DNA of 33,256 bases from a virus. Lineage: Duplodnaviria; Caudoviricetes. The stretch is from IMG/VR virus record IMGVR_UViG_3300027808_000093, positions 1 to 33,256 of that record; one strand, given 5' to 3'. Positions 33,122-33,256 of the stretch are shown here, piece after piece (position 1 is the stretch's first letter; each line of letters opens with the position of its first letter). Under the pieces are notes generated by a model. It ran no database searches and was not told the DNA's origin. It saw only the letters and a list, made by a program, of their open reading frames with translations. The translations under genes and the position numbers were made by a program.

Positions 33122-33256
33122 TGCATCCTCAAAATGGCAACTTGTTTAAAGCAGCATCCATTGCACGTTTGGCAAGCGGCTCTGGCAAGACATAAACAAA
33201 GTCTAAAAACCACCAGACGCAAGCGACATAGCAGAAGACCTTGAACCAGCGTTTAA
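33120..33256. repeat. Terminal direct repeat, copy 2
   Basis: Matches 1-137 with two mismatches. Confidence 0.97.

Noticed and set aside
1-33256. Integrase/att site, tRNA genes, alternative genetic code
   Set aside because: No recombinase motifs or tRNA cloverleafs recognised; genes are full-length under code 11 with TAA, TGA and TAG all used as stops

Overview
The window looks like a complete, circularly permuted tailed-phage genome. The unit is 33,119 bp, plus a 137-bp end overlap carrying two mismatches. The minus strand holds a podovirus-type late region: TerS, PBSX-type TerL, P22-like portal, scaffold, major capsid, adaptor/tail proteins, three probable ejection proteins, a tail fibre with a peptidase-S74 chaperone, and a membrane-rich lysis cassette (GH19 endolysin, Rz/Rz1 spanins). 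It also holds a lambdoid replication/nin-like arm: Cro-like HTH, O-like initiator with an internal iteron origin, P-like loader, VRR-NUC, NinB, Ref-like nuclease and two HNH genes. The plus strand holds an early recombination arm (ERF, YqaJ exonuclease, small SSB, MazG-like). I recognised no integrase, CI-type repressor, tRNA or CRISPR array. The spanins imply a Gram-negative host; a Betaproteobacterium is only a guess. Main observations: (1) a translationally coupled pair of a TGT/DpdA-like transglycosylase and a VUT/YhhQ transporter with no queCDE/folE, i.e. a candidate salvage-only 7-deazaguanine DNA-modification system; (2) a three-way-junction RNA whose two loops are complementary to the translation-initiation region of the initiator gene; (3) a pseudoknotted, loop-E-containing RNA candidate after ssb; (4) a 16-bp operator present three times, with a duplicated promoter/leader-hairpin module; (5) ART-like and HiPIP-like cargo genes sharing a GLL/MAGLLD tag with ejection proteins; (6) footprints of two HNH insertions. 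All family calls come from reading motifs by eye; no database searches were run.
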